Shown piece after piece: positions 47,699 through 57,315 of a DNA stretch of 64,000 nt (within the stretch, counting starts at the first letter, position 1; each line of letters starts with the position of its first letter). The DNA comes from an uncultured Gammaproteobacteria bacterium (lineage in GTDB: Bacteria > Patescibacteriota > Microgenomatia > Levybacterales > GWA1-39-11): NCBI GenBank assembly GCA_964485575.1, contig CAZAJO010000003.1:19722-83721 (forward strand), read 5' to 3'. The position numbers and the translations under genes are program-made. The notes beneath the pieces are model-generated. The model saw nothing but the letters and a program-made list of their open reading frames with translations, was not told the DNA's origin and searched no databases.

Positions 47699-47704
47699 AA
47701 TACC

Positions 47705-49342
47705 ATGAAATACATTGCATACTGCAGGAAATCCAGAGATGAAGCTGATAAACAGGTCTTGTCTATTGAGGCCCAAATTGCAGAGTTACAGGAATTTGCA
47801 AAACGTGAGAAAATTGAAATTGTTGAATTTGTCGAAGAAGCAAAAACTGCCAAAGCCCCCGGACGTGAGAAATTTTCAGAAGTAATTCAAAAGCTAGAGC
47901 GCGGACTTGCCCAGGGGATTATTGCGTGGCATCCCGACCGCTTGGCAAGAAACAGTATTGATGGTGGAAAGATTATCTATTTACTCGATACCGGAAAAAT
48001 AAAGGATTTAAAGTTTCCAACCTTCTGGTTTGAAAATACTCCTCAGGGAAAATTTATGTTAAATATCGCTTTTGGACAAAGTAAATATTACATAGATAAT
48101 CTTTCTGAAAATGTGAGGCGGGGGCTTCGGCAGAAAATACGTAATGGCGTCTGGCCGCACAAGCCAACGTATGGATATGTAAATAATCCTAAAACCCGCG
48201 GTATTGATGTTGACCCTTTTGCCTCTTCGGGAATCATAAAAGCATATGAAGCGTTTTGCAAAGGAGACAAGACCTTTACAGATATTTCAAAGTTATTATT
48301 CAAATGCGGCTTGCAACAAAGAAACGGAAAGCCACTTCATATAAATGAAGTAAGAAAAATACTGTCCGACAAGTTTTATATTGGCATTATGAAATTTAAG
48401 GGGGAATATCATCCCGGAACACATAAGCTATTTATCCCAAAAGATTTATTTCAAAAAGTACAGGAGGAATTAAAATGGCGTGAGGCACATCACAATAAAT
48501 CTTTTGGCTTTCCGTTTCTGGGACTTATGAAATGTAGTGAGTGTGGCGCTTCCATAACCGCTGAAAAACATACAAAATTCTATAAAGGTACCAACCGTCG
48601 TCCCACCTATGTTTACTACCGCTGTACTAAAAAAATGGGTCCTTGCTCACAGAAAATGATAAAAGGTGAACTATTGGAAGAACAACTGAGAGAAATTGTT
48701 GCAAGCTGCGCATTACCGGAAAGCTGGATTCCTCAATGGCTTTCCTGGGTTGAGAGGTATGAAATATCTGAAAAAGAATTATCGGCTTCATCTATTCAAA
48801 AATTTCAGGATGAGATAGTATCACTCGACAAAAAGTTAAATATCCTGCTTGATGGTTTTTTGGAAAATATAGTTGACAGTGATACATATAAAAGAAAGAA
48901 AAATGAAATTTTTGAAGAAAAGATACTTCTTGAAGAACAAATCGCAAAATTAAAGGGTGAGGATGGAAACCGGCTCGAACTTCTTCGGGAATTAATAGAA
49001 GTGTCGTCACAATGCGAAAAAATTGCGCGCGCTAAAAACAATTGCGAGGATTTGGCAATCCTCGCGAAACGTGTCGGCTCGAACTTCTTTTTAAAGGAAC
49101 GGCAACTTTCCCCAATTCTCAAAAAGGGCTTTGGGGCAATCCGTCCCGCACTTGCGGGACTCCAACTTTCTGAGCTTAAAAATGAAAACTCTTTAAATGT
49201 CGGGGTGCAGGGAATTGAACCCTGGCCGCACGACCCCCAGCCGTACATTCTACCGTTAAACCACACCCCGAGCGAAGCGAGGGGAGCCAAGACAAAATCT
49301 CTGATTTTGGCTTACACCCCGATAGGTCGCTCCATATTTTAA
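47705..49342 (+). CDS. Large serine recombinase (resolvase + recombinase + Zn-ribbon + coiled coil); reads through antisense tRNA in this configuration
   Basis: YCRKS catalytic Ser, DRLARN, YGY, CSECG...YYRC; last 46 aa come from tRNA/host sequence. Confidence 0.93.
   Translation: MKYIAYCRKSRDEADKQVLSIEAQIAELQEFAKREKIEIVEFVEEAKTAKAPGREKFSEVIQKLERGLAQGIIAWHPDRLARNSIDGGKIIYLLDTGKIKDLKFPTFWFENTPQGKFMLNIAFGQSKYYIDNLSENVRRGLRQKIRNGVWPHKPTYGYVNNPKTRGIDVDPFASSGIIKAYEAFCKGDKTFTDISKLLFKCGLQQRNGKPLHINEVRKILSDKFYIGIMKFKGEYHPGTHKLFIPKDLFQKVQEELKWREAHHNKSFGFPFLGLMKCSECGASITAEKHTKFYKGTNRRPTYVYYRCTKKMGPCSQKMIKGELLEEQLREIVASCALPESWIPQWLSWVERYEISEKELSASSIQKFQDEIVSLDKKLNILLDGFLENIVDSDTYKRKKNEIFEEKILLEEQIAKLKGEDGNRLELLRELIEVSSQCEKIARAKNNCEDLAILAKRVGSNFFLKERQLSPILKKGFGAIRPALAGLQLSELKNENSLNVGVQGIEPWPHDPQPYILPLNHTPSEARGAKTKSLILAYTPIGRSIF
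49100..49202 (+). repeat. Right arm B' (103 bp, inside the recombinase 3' end), perfect inverted repeat of 47570-47672
   Basis: Base-by-base comparison CGGCAACTTTCCCC...CTTTAAATGTCG. Confidence 0.95.
49200..49270 (-). tRNA. tRNA-Pro(GGG), CCA not encoded
   Basis: CGGGGTG/CACCCCG acceptor stem, CT-GGG-GG anticodon loop, CAGGG-TTCAATT-CCCTG T arm. Confidence 0.93.
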
Positions 49343-49454
49343 CAAATTATTGTTGAAATTTATGTTCACATTTTTTGACCTATTGAATTAGTATAGAATT
49401 CTGTTTAGAATGTTTTTTACTACCCCACGTCTTGCACCCGACAGAATTTAGTGT

Positions 49455-50549
49455 ATGGCAAAGCCTTCAAAAAAATCAGAAAAACCAAATGGGATCACTC
49501 CTGATTCCGGAAAAATGGGAGCCATTCAGATGGCGATGGACCAAATAGAAAAACAATACGGTAGAGGTTCTATCATGAAATTTGGAGATGCGGCCGCTCA
49601 GATGGCCATTGATGTGATACCCACAGGTGCTTTCCCGCTCGATATTGCTCTCGGCGTTGGAGGGCTCCCCCGTGGGAGAATAATAGAGATCTACGGTCCG
49701 GAAGCCTCCGGGAAGACGACCGTCTGCCTCTCTGTTATTGCTGAAGCCCAGAAAAAGGGTGGCGTTGCTGCATTTATTGATGCAGAGCACGCTCTAGATC
49801 CTCTATGGGCACAGACAATCGGAGTAAAGCTTGATGAACTTTTAATTTCACAACCGGACACCGGAGAACAGGCTTTAGAAATTGCAGAGTCACTTATTCG
49901 AAGCGGTGGAATTGACGTACTTGTCATCGATTCAGTAGCAGCGCTTGTACCAAGAGCTGAAATTGAAGGAGAGATGGGAGACTCAGTCATGGGAATGCAG
50001 GCAAGACTTATGTCTCAAGCGCTTCGCAAACTTACCGCAGTTATTTCAAAAAGCAGAACTGTTCTTATTTTTACAAATCAATTACGTCAAAAAATTGGAG
50101 TTATGTTTGGAAATCCAGAGACTACAACTGGGGGTATGGCACTTAAATTCTATGCTTCAATCCGACTTGATGTCAGAAGAATTGAGACATTAAAGCAGGG
50201 AGACAAAGTTATCGGAAACCGAACAAGAGTAAAAGTTGTTAAAAATAAAGTAAGTCCGCCTTTTAGAATTGCTGAATTTGATATTCTGTCTACCGGTATC
50301 TCAAAAGAGGGTGGAGTCTTGGATGTTGCTATTGAGATGGGTATTGTCAGCAAAAGTGGAGCATTTTTGCGATATGGTGAAGAGCTTATTGGACAAGGAC
50401 GGGAAGCTGCAAAACAATTCATGTCTGAAAATCCTGATATGACTAAAAAAATCATGGCAGAAGTGATGGAAAAAATAAAAGAAGTAAAACCGAGACTCGA
50501 AGTAGGCACGGAAGAACATGATGAAGACGACGACACGGAGGAAGTTTAG
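49455..50549 (+). CDS. recA: Recombinase RecA
   Basis: [38 protein letters not shown]. Confidence 0.99.
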   Translation: MAKPSKKSEKPNGITPDSGKMGAIQMAMDQIEKQYGRGSIMKFGDAAAQMAIDVIPTGAFPLDIALGVGGLPRGRIIEIYGPEASGKTTVCLSVIAEAQKKGGVAAFIDAEHALDPLWAQTIGVKLDELLISQPDTGEQALEIAESLIRSGGIDVLVIDSVAALVPRAEIEGEMGDSVMGMQARLMSQALRKLTAVISKSRTVLIFTNQLRQKIGVMFGNPETTTGGMALKFYASIRLDVRRIETLKQGDKVIGNRTRVKVVKNKVSPPFRIAEFDILSTGISKEGGVLDVAIEMGIVSKSGAFLRYGEELIGQGREAAKQFMSENPDMTKKIMAEVMEKIKEVKPRLEVGTEEHDEDDDTEEV

Positions 50550-51003
50550 TCGCAAAACCTCTGCTCCCACAACCCCATTTAACCAAGCTCTCAAATATCT
50601 TTCTATAAGATCAAGAAGCGTAAAAGAAGTCCATGACTATTTGGTGAAAAAAGAATACGTGGAAGAAGATATCAGTGAAGCAATCAAACAATTGATAGAG
50701 CTAAAATTTCTAAATGATGATGATTTTGCCCGACTCTTTACTGAAAACAGACAAAGAAAAGGAAAGAGTAAAAAGTTAATCTCATTTGAGTTGAGTATGA
50801 AGGGAGTTAGTAAAGAAACGTCTCAAGATGTCATGGAATACGCAAAAAATGATTATAAAACAGCGATGGAATACATTTCAAAAAGATTAAAACAGTTTGA
50901 TAGATACGAACCCGAGGAAAAACAAAAGAAAATAATTTCACGTTTACGAAGTCGTGGATATGACTGGGACACAATATCGAGAGTTTTAAAAAAACTTCAA
51001 TAG
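50518..51003 (+). CDS. recX: Regulatory protein RecX
   Basis: [28 protein letters not shown]; follows recA. Confidence 0.88.
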   Translation: MMKTTTRRKFSRKTSAPTTPFNQALKYLSIRSRSVKEVHDYLVKKEYVEEDISEAIKQLIELKFLNDDDFARLFTENRQRKGKSKKLISFELSMKGVSKETSQDVMEYAKNDYKTAMEYISKRLKQFDRYEPEEKQKKIISRLRSRGYDWDTISRVLKKLQ

Positions 51004-51036
51004 ATACTATTTCTTTGGGGAAGATTTCAATGGGTA

Positions 51037-51056
51037 CTTCGACAAGCTCAGCACTA
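51037..51056. repeat. Short CTTCGACAAGCTCAG REP-like motif (related copy CCTGAACTTGTCGAAG at ~28655-28670)
   Basis: Both copies lie between convergent genes. Confidence 0.45.
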
Positions 51057-51071
51057 CGTCGAAAAAAGACT

Positions 51072-51536
51072 TTATCGTTTTGGAGAACTCTTTTTTCTCC
51101 TTGCTTTACCTGCGTTTCCGACTTTGCGTCGTTCACGGGTACGAGGATCACGTGTTAAGTGCCCTTTCTGACGTAGTGTGTCATGAAAGGTGTCTCTGTC
51201 CATTTTGTCTAGTGCGCGAGCCATACCAAGGATCAGAGCGTCTAGCTGACTCTCTATTCCTCCGCCGGTAACTCTAGAAGTAAATACGTATTTGCCACTG
51301 ACTCCAAGATCCAAAAGGAATTTGTTAACTACAGGCATGTGAGCTTTAAATCTGAAATACTCTCCTGCTGGCTTGTTGTTGACTAAAATATCCCCTTTAG
51401 TAACAGCAACTCCATTGATCTCTGATTTTCCGGTATAAAGTCTTACCCGTGCAACAGCCTCACGTCGTCTTCCAACTGAAGAAACGTAATTTTTGTTGAT
51501 TTTTTGTCTTACTACTACTGCTTCTGCTTTTGCCAT
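51072..51536 (-). CDS. rpsI: 30S ribosomal protein S9
   Basis: GRRREAVARV, LTRDPR, SPKR. Confidence 0.96.
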   Translation of the reverse strand: MAKAEAVVVRQKINKNYVSSVGRRREAVARVRLYTGKSEINGVAVTKGDILVNNKPAGEYFRFKAHMPVVNKFLLDLGVSGKYVFTSRVTGGGIESQLDALILGMARALDKMDRDTFHDTLRQKGHLTRDPRTRERRKVGNAGKARRKKSSPKR

Positions 51537-51537
51537 A

Positions 51538-51963
51538 TTATTTTTCTCCTAATTTATCAGCGTACTTGTGATTTTCATCTGAAAAGACATACAGTCTTTT
51601 AAGCATTGATGCTCTCAATTTGTTCTTTGGAAGCATACCACTTACTGCGTGAGTGATAATAAGTGTTGGATCCTGCGCTCTCATTTCTTTTAACGTTCTT
51701 GTCCTTAGTCCTCCTGGATATCCAGAATAATTCGTGTATTTCTTGAGTAACTCTTTCTTTCCGGTTGTTCTAACATCTTTTGCGTTGATGACAACGACAA
51801 AGTCTCCACAATCCATATTATTAGCAAAATAAGCTTTTCCCTTACCCATTAATTTGTGAGCTATTGCCACAGCCTGGCGACCCAATACTTGATCTTTCAC
51901 ATCAATGAGATGCCAATTTCTTTTGATATCACTTGTTTTTGTAGGTTTTGTTGCTTGTTGCAT
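51538..51963 (-). CDS. rplM: 50S ribosomal protein L13
   Basis: WHLID, DCGDFVVVINA, SGYPGGL, GMLPKN. Confidence 0.97.
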   Translation of the reverse strand: MQQATKPTKTSDIKRNWHLIDVKDQVLGRQAVAIAHKLMGKGKAYFANNMDCGDFVVVINAKDVRTTGKKELLKKYTNYSGYPGGLRTRTLKEMRAQDPTLIITHAVSGMLPKNKLRASMLKRLYVFSDENHKYADKLGEK

Positions 51964-51964
51964 A

Positions 51965-52498
51965 TTAACTGCTTCCTTTCTTTTGACGGGTCACCATTTG
52001 CTTTATGTTGGCAAGTGGTTTGAATGCTGATCTTTTTTCTCCTGTTTTTGATGTAATCTCACTGACTTTTGCTTCAACTTTTTTAGTTGATGTCTTTTTA
52101 GTTGATGGTTTTACGTTTCTTTTTGTGCTTACTTTTACTGCTTTTTCTCCTTTAGCAACGAGCTCAAGAAGCACCATCTCTGCGTTATCTTTCGTTCTTG
52201 CTCCCATTCTGATGATTCTTGTGTATCCACCATTTCTTTCTTTCATGCGTGGAGCAATATCTTTTATAAGTCTATCAACTGCGTCTTCTGCCAAATGCTT
52301 TACCAAATGATAGCGTGCCTCTTCCCCTCTTTTTGCTTTTGTAATATGGGACTCAAATTCACCTTTAATAGCCTTTGCTTTTGATTCTGTTGTTTTGATA
52401 CTTTCATTGAGAGCCAATGAACGCATAAGACCTTTGAATAAGGCTTTTGTTTGATTTGGGTATTTTTTAAATTGTCTTCCGTATCCTCTTTTTCTCAT
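51965..52498 (-). CDS. rplQ: 50S ribosomal protein L17 (C-terminal extension)
   Basis: IKTTESKAK, RNGGYTRI, DNAEM. Confidence 0.94.
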   Translation of the reverse strand: MRKRGYGRQFKKYPNQTKALFKGLMRSLALNESIKTTESKAKAIKGEFESHITKAKRGEEARYHLVKHLAEDAVDRLIKDIAPRMKERNGGYTRIIRMGARTKDNAEMVLLELVAKGEKAVKVSTKRNVKPSTKKTSTKKVEAKVSEITSKTGEKRSAFKPLANIKQMVTRQKKGSS

Positions 52499-52571
52499 AT
52501 GTCCCCTTTTTACTAAAAATGCGTCATGATGACGCAGTTTTTATATATCCTGATTGTGTTTTGCTCTTGTT

Positions 52572-53495
52572 TTAAGCGTTGAAAGCAATTCCCTTTTTAC
52601 CCAAAGCCTCTTCGATGATTGAGAGAGACTTCGCACCAAGATTTCGGTACGTCATAAGTTCTTTTCTTGGTGTTGTCAAAAGATCGGTTACTGTCTCGAT
52701 CCCTGCATTCTTAAGGCTATTGTAGATTCTTGTTGGAAGGTCCAACTCATCAACTGTGATGCTTCCACCATCTGGGATTGCTGCTGATACTGCAGAAGTT
52801 ACTTCACCAGCAACTGCTCCATTTGGATCAAATACCTGTTTGAAGTAGCTGACAAGGATATTGCTTGCCTTTTCTAATGCATCTTTAGCGTCAACCGTTC
52901 CATCTGTCCAAACTTCTAATATAAGCTTGTCATAGTTTGTTTGACGTCCTACACGAGTTTGTTCAACTTTGTAGTTAACTTTGCTAATAGGAGTAAATAT
53001 TGCATCAATTGGAATAACTCCAACTGTTGAAATCTTTCTCTCTTCAGCGAGTGAGTATCCAAGTCCACGCTCAACGGTCATTTCGATTTCGATCTTTGAT
53101 TTCTTGTCAGCGAGTGATCCGATGTAGTGTTTTGGATCAACTACCTCAACGCCATCTTTTGTTTCGATATCAGAAGCCAGGATTTCTCCAGGTCCTGTTT
53201 TTGAAAGAGTAACGGTTGCTGAATTTACACCTTCTGGAAGTTTGATTCTGAGAGTCTTTATGTTGAAGATGATTTCAATGACATCTTCCTTAAGTCCTGG
53301 AAGAGTTGAGAACATATGTCTTACATTTTCAATCTTTACTGAGGTTACTGCAGCGCCTTCAATGTTTGTCAAAAGTACGCGTCTTAGTGCAACTCCAAGA
53401 GTGTTTCCAAATCCTGGCTCTAGAGGTTCTATAACGAATTGGGTGTATCCCTTTTCTTTCTTTTCTTCGATAACTTTAAAACTTGGTTGAATCAT
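52572..53495 (-). CDS. rpoA: RNA polymerase alpha subunit
   Basis: EPLEPGFGNTLGVALRRVLL, DAIFTPI, NLGAKSL. Confidence 0.98.
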   Translation of the reverse strand: MIQPSFKVIEEKKEKGYTQFVIEPLEPGFGNTLGVALRRVLLTNIEGAAVTSVKIENVRHMFSTLPGLKEDVIEIIFNIKTLRIKLPEGVNSATVTLSKTGPGEILASDIETKDGVEVVDPKHYIGSLADKKSKIEIEMTVERGLGYSLAEERKISTVGVIPIDAIFTPISKVNYKVEQTRVGRQTNYDKLILEVWTDGTVDAKDALEKASNILVSYFKQVFDPNGAVAGEVTSAVSAAIPDGGSITVDELDLPTRIYNSLKNAGIETVTDLLTTPRKELMTYRNLGAKSLSIIEEALGKKGIAFNA

Positions 53496-53547
53496 ATTAT
53501 TTTAGACCATTCTTCCACAGAACGGACAACAAGAGTATATTTTACTA

Positions 53548-54156
53548 TTAACGTGAGTAAAATTCAATAACCAATTGATAATCTGCTGGATTTGGTACTT
53601 CATCAGTCGTAGGCTTTTTTGCGAGCTTACCTACGGTATCTTTCCGTTCAAGATATGGTAAGAGATTTGAGGCTGTTTCTTCGATATGAAGCTTTAACAC
53701 TTCATTCTTGAGAAGCTTTTTATCAAGAGATACCTTCTCGCCAATCTTTACATTATAAGATGGAATGCTAACTCTTTTACCATCTACTGTCACGTGACCG
53801 TGTGTCACAAACTGTCTTGCCATGTTTCTGGAATTAGCAAATCCAAGTCTGTAAACGACATTATCTAAGCGTCCTTCAAGTAATTGAATGAGCATTTCGT
53901 CAGTATTCTCACGGCTTTTTTGAGCCATCTCTACATATTTTCTGAATTGTTTTTCGAGTAAACCGTATGATCTTTTAAGCTGTTGTTTTTCTCGAAGTTG
54001 CAAACCGTATTCTGAAGTCTTTCTTCTTCCTCCACGTCGGGATTGAATTCCCGGCATTACATTGAGCCTTCGCTCAAGTGAAGCAGAAGCTTTTTCGAGG
54101 ATATTAACACCCTCTCTTCTTGCTAATTTATGTTTTGGACCTGTATATCGTGCCAT
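53548..54156 (-). CDS. rpsD: 30S ribosomal protein S4
   Basis: MARYTGP, RLDNVVYRLG, IEFYSR. Confidence 0.98.
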   Translation of the reverse strand: MARYTGPKHKLARREGVNILEKASASLERRLNVMPGIQSRRGGRRKTSEYGLQLREKQQLKRSYGLLEKQFRKYVEMAQKSRENTDEMLIQLLEGRLDNVVYRLGFANSRNMARQFVTHGHVTVDGKRVSIPSYNVKIGEKVSLDKKLLKNEVLKLHIEETASNLLPYLERKDTVGKLAKKPTTDEVPNPADYQLVIEFYSR

Positions 54157-54167
54157 AAATAATAAAA

Positions 54168-54557
54168 CTATGCTCTTCTTTTCTTCTTACCTCTTGGACC
54201 GTTGTGTGGGATTGGTGTAACGTCTGCAATCATTGAGATTGACATACCTGAATTTCTGACTGCTCGAAGAGCTGCATCACGTCCAACACCTGGACCTTTA
54301 ATAAATACCTCAACACTATTGACTCCTACTTCCTTAGCTTTTTGGATTGCTTGCTCAACTGCTGAGGTTGCCGCAAATGGAGTAGACTTTCTGGTTCCTT
54401 TAAATCCGGCGTTACCAGCTGATGACCATGCGATTGCGTCTCCCTTTTCGTTGGTGACAGTGACAATTGTATTATTGAATGTTGTGGATACAAAAACTTT
54501 ACCGTTACCGGTTGTGATGATTGTCTTTGGTTTTTTTGTTACAACTTTTTTTGCCAT
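54168..54557 (-). CDS. rpsK: 30S ribosomal protein S11
   Basis: FNNTIV, KSTPFAA, DVTPIPHNG. Confidence 0.98.
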   Translation of the reverse strand: MAKKVVTKKPKTIITTGNGKVFVSTTFNNTIVTVTNEKGDAIAWSSAGNAGFKGTRKSTPFAATSAVEQAIQKAKEVGVNSVEVFIKGPGVGRDAALRAVRNSGMSISMIADVTPIPHNGPRGKKKRRA

Positions 54558-54568
54558 ATTACTGTTAT

Positions 54569-54958
54569 CTATTTAATTCCCATCTTCTCTGCTACATCTT
54601 TTCTGATAGCACCGATTGTTACTCTCTTACCTCTTTTAGTACGTGCGTTACTTCTTGTTCTTTGTCCCTTTGAAGGAAGATTTCTAACGTGTCTAATACC
54701 TCTGTATGAACCTATTTCTTTAAGTCTTTTTATGTTATTTACGACTTCTGCTCTAAGATCTCCTTCAGTTTTTATGGTATCCAAAACTTTTTGGATCTTA
54801 ACAACTTCTTCCTCAGAAAGGTCTTTCAATCTTCTCGAACCGTCAATTCCGGCTAATTTAAGAAGATCAAGTACATTTTTCGGACCAACACCGTATATAT
54901 AAGGCAAAGCCCTATCTACTCTTTTGTGATCCGGTATATTTACTCCTCCTACTCGCAT
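54569..54958 (-). CDS. rpsM: 30S ribosomal protein S13
   Basis: IYGVG, EGDLR, YRGIRH, GQRTRSNART. Confidence 0.98.
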   Translation of the reverse strand: MRVGGVNIPDHKRVDRALPYIYGVGPKNVLDLLKLAGIDGSRRLKDLSEEEVVKIQKVLDTIKTEGDLRAEVVNNIKRLKEIGSYRGIRHVRNLPSKGQRTRSNARTKRGKRVTIGAIRKDVAEKMGIK

Positions 54959-54970
54959 ATATAAAAAAAA

Positions 54971-55189
54971 CTATCTATATCTGTATGTTATTCTGCCTCT
55001 TTCGGTGTCGTATGGAGTCATTTCGACTCTAACTTTGTCACCTGGCATGATCTTTATGAAATAGATCCTCATCTTTCCTGACAAATGGCATAGTACTATT
55101 TTTCCTCCCTCAATTTCTATCCGAAATAAAGTATTTGGTAGTACTTCTTTTACGACTCCGTCTATTTCAATCGAACCTTGATGTGCCAT
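54971..55189 (-). CDS. infA: Translation initiation factor IF-1
   Basis: LPNTLF, SGKMR, GDKV, PYD..RGRI. Confidence 0.97.
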   Translation of the reverse strand: MAHQGSIEIDGVVKEVLPNTLFRIEIEGGKIVLCHLSGKMRIYFIKIMPGDKVRVEMTPYDTERGRITYRYR

Positions 55190-55286
55190 AATTTTGCGCC
55201 TAGTGATTATACATGAAAACCACGCTCAACGCAAAAACAAGCGTTCGTATATTCTACCAGAAAAATTGAAGCCAAGCAAGCACAAA

Positions 55287-56060
55287 TTAGAGGGACTCGC
55301 CAGGGAAATAGGTGATGAGTTCCGGACCTTGATCAGTGATAAGTATCGTACGCTCAAATAGCCCTGCCAAAGTACCGTCTTCTGTCACAATTGTCCAGTC
55401 GTCGCTTCCATCGTATTTAACACCGATTCCGCCCATATTGTATATAGCCTCAACTGCTATTGTCATGCCCTCTTCTAAAATTGGAGTTTTTCGCATCTCA
55501 CGCTCTAAATAGCCAGGCACTTCTGGTGCTTCATGCAGCTCTTTTCCTACTCCATGACCCACAAGACTTCTGACTACAGAGTACCCTCCACCTTCAATAG
55601 TCTCTTGCATAGCACGCGAGATGTGCCCTACACGGTGCCCTGGCTTTGCTTGCCTGATCCCTTCATACATCGCTTTTTTACCGGTCTTTAAAAACTCAAG
55701 AACGTGTCCGTCACTTGATTTGCCGACAATGACTGTTTCTGCCATATCGGTGTGATACCCATCCAAATACACACCACAATCGATACCAATGATATCCCCC
55801 TCCTCAAGTACTCTTTCTTTCGGTATTCCATGAACAACGACGTTATTTGTACTTACACAAACCGTATGCATATATCCATCGACTTTCTTGAACCCACACT
55901 CTCCACCTTTTTCAAGGATCAATCGTTCTGCCAGACGGTCTAGTTCAATTTCAGTGATACCAGGCCTAACAGCGCTCAATACTTCTGCAAGCACCTCTCC
56001 AAGCATTTTGCCAGCGATACGCATGGCGTCTATTTTTCTTCTTGTTTTATCATCAATCAT
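55287..56060 (-). CDS. map: Type I methionine aminopeptidase
   Basis: VVHGIP, GHGVG..LHE, FERTI. Confidence 0.95.
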   Translation of the reverse strand: MIDDKTRRKIDAMRIAGKMLGEVLAEVLSAVRPGITEIELDRLAERLILEKGGECGFKKVDGYMHTVCVSTNNVVVHGIPKERVLEEGDIIGIDCGVYLDGYHTDMAETVIVGKSSDGHVLEFLKTGKKAMYEGIRQAKPGHRVGHISRAMQETIEGGGYSVVRSLVGHGVGKELHEAPEVPGYLEREMRKTPILEEGMTIAVEAIYNMGGIGVKYDGSDDWTIVTEDGTLAGLFERTILITDQGPELITYFPGESL

Positions 56061-56743
56061 AATAGATTCCTCTTTCTTAATTCTCCTTTTACTTTATTTA
56101 CCGTATCTTCAATCGTATCGTGTGAAGTGTCAACGACAACCGAGTCGGGACTGATGACAAGAGGTGCATATTCACGCTCACTATCTGCCCTATCTCGCTC
56201 AACAACATCACGTCTTACGTCATCATAGCTGATATCAACTTTTTTCTCCCGTAATTGCTTGTATCTTCTATTAGCTCTCTCGTCAACGCTTGCCGTCAAG
56301 TAAATCTTGAGATCTGCATCGGGGATGATATGTGTTGCAACATCTCTTCCCTCAACAACCCCTTTTTTATTGTGAGAGATATCTCTTTGTAGCCCAGCCA
56401 TTTCTTGCCTTACTTTTTCGTGTGCCGCAACTACAGGAGTGCTATTACTGACATCCGGGAAAAATATCTCATTGGTCACATCCTCGCCATTTAAAAATAT
56501 TTTAGTGAGGGGAGAATCAGATTCTATCCGCAAATCTATGTCAGATTTTCTAAACACATCAAGAACCTTTTCTTCATCGTGGATGTCTATCTTCTCTCTC
56601 AAACACGCAAGAGTCAGCGCTCTCCACATTCCTCCTGTGTAGATATGTACTGCATTCAGTTCTTTTGCAAGGGCTACCGCGAGCGTTCCCTTTCCCGATC
56701 CGACCGGCCCATCGATTGCAATTTGTAGGGGTTTAATATCCAT
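56057..56743 (-). CDS. cmk: Cytidylate kinase
   Basis: IAIDGPVGSGKGT, VEGRD, KIYLTAS..ERA.RR. Confidence 0.93.
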   Translation of the reverse strand: MDIKPLQIAIDGPVGSGKGTLAVALAKELNAVHIYTGGMWRALTLACLREKIDIHDEEKVLDVFRKSDIDLRIESDSPLTKIFLNGEDVTNEIFFPDVSNSTPVVAAHEKVRQEMAGLQRDISHNKKGVVEGRDVATHIIPDADLKIYLTASVDERANRRYKQLREKKVDISYDDVRRDVVERDRADSEREYAPLVISPDSVVVDTSHDTIEDTVNKVKGELRKRNLL

Positions 56744-57302
56744 ATTTTTTCATGAATGTATCAAGTTTACGCTCAAAATCTTTCATATCACTATTGCTAT
56801 CTATGTAAACGTCTGCAAGAGCAATACAAAGCGCAGTCTGAAGACCAGTTATTTTCTCATCTACGCCAAGATCGCGCAAGTCCAATGATCTAAACAAACT
56901 TTTTGTGAGCTTTTCTCTTCTCTTTAGCTTCCTGAGACGTTCAAATCTGATATCCCGATCAGCAACAACGGCAAGAAGTACACCTTTATTTTTTCTAAGA
57001 ACTTCTACTTCCCCGAGATTTCTTAGCCCATCAATTACAATCTTCTCATTATTTTTAACAGATGATAATGCCTTTGTCGCAAGAATACCTGAACCGTATA
57101 CTTCTCTCCACTCATTACCGATATCTTGAAGAACTTTTCTAGTCAGTGGAAGTTTTCTTTTGAGAGCTTCTTTTTCTAAGGGTTGTGAAAGAGCTACAAC
57201 TTTGTATCCTTTATTTTCTAAATATTTTGCGGCTGTCGTTTTACCGCTCCCAAAAGCACCAGTTATTCCAATTATCCGCTTTGTATTACTTGAGGATTCC
57301 AT
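56733..57302 (-). CDS. P-loop nucleotide kinase (dephospho-CoA kinase-like)
   Basis: IIGITGAFGSGKTT, VIDGLRN. Confidence 0.75.
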   Translation of the reverse strand: MESSSNTKRIIGITGAFGSGKTTAAKYLENKGYKVVALSQPLEKEALKRKLPLTRKVLQDIGNEWREVYGSGILATKALSSVKNNEKIVIDGLRNLGEVEVLRKNKGVLLAVVADRDIRFERLRKLKRREKLTKSLFRSLDLRDLGVDEKITGLQTALCIALADVYIDSNSDMKDFERKLDTFMKKYGY

Positions 57303-57315
57303 GAAAATCGAACTG

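Larger units (their letters stand above)
36728..49202. mobile_element. Serine-recombinase integrative element at the tRNA-Pro 3' end, bounded by a 5-bp TGTCG direct repeat
   Basis: TGTCG at 36728-36732 and 49198-49202; removing the element rejoins tRNA-Pro 3' end to the 20-bp leader of the YfiH gene; ends independently defined by the internal inverted copy; recombinase at the right end. Confidence 0.85.

Noticed and set aside
49360-49454. LexA box upstream of recA
   Set aside because: No convincing GAAC-N4-GTTC or CTGT-N8-ACAG match
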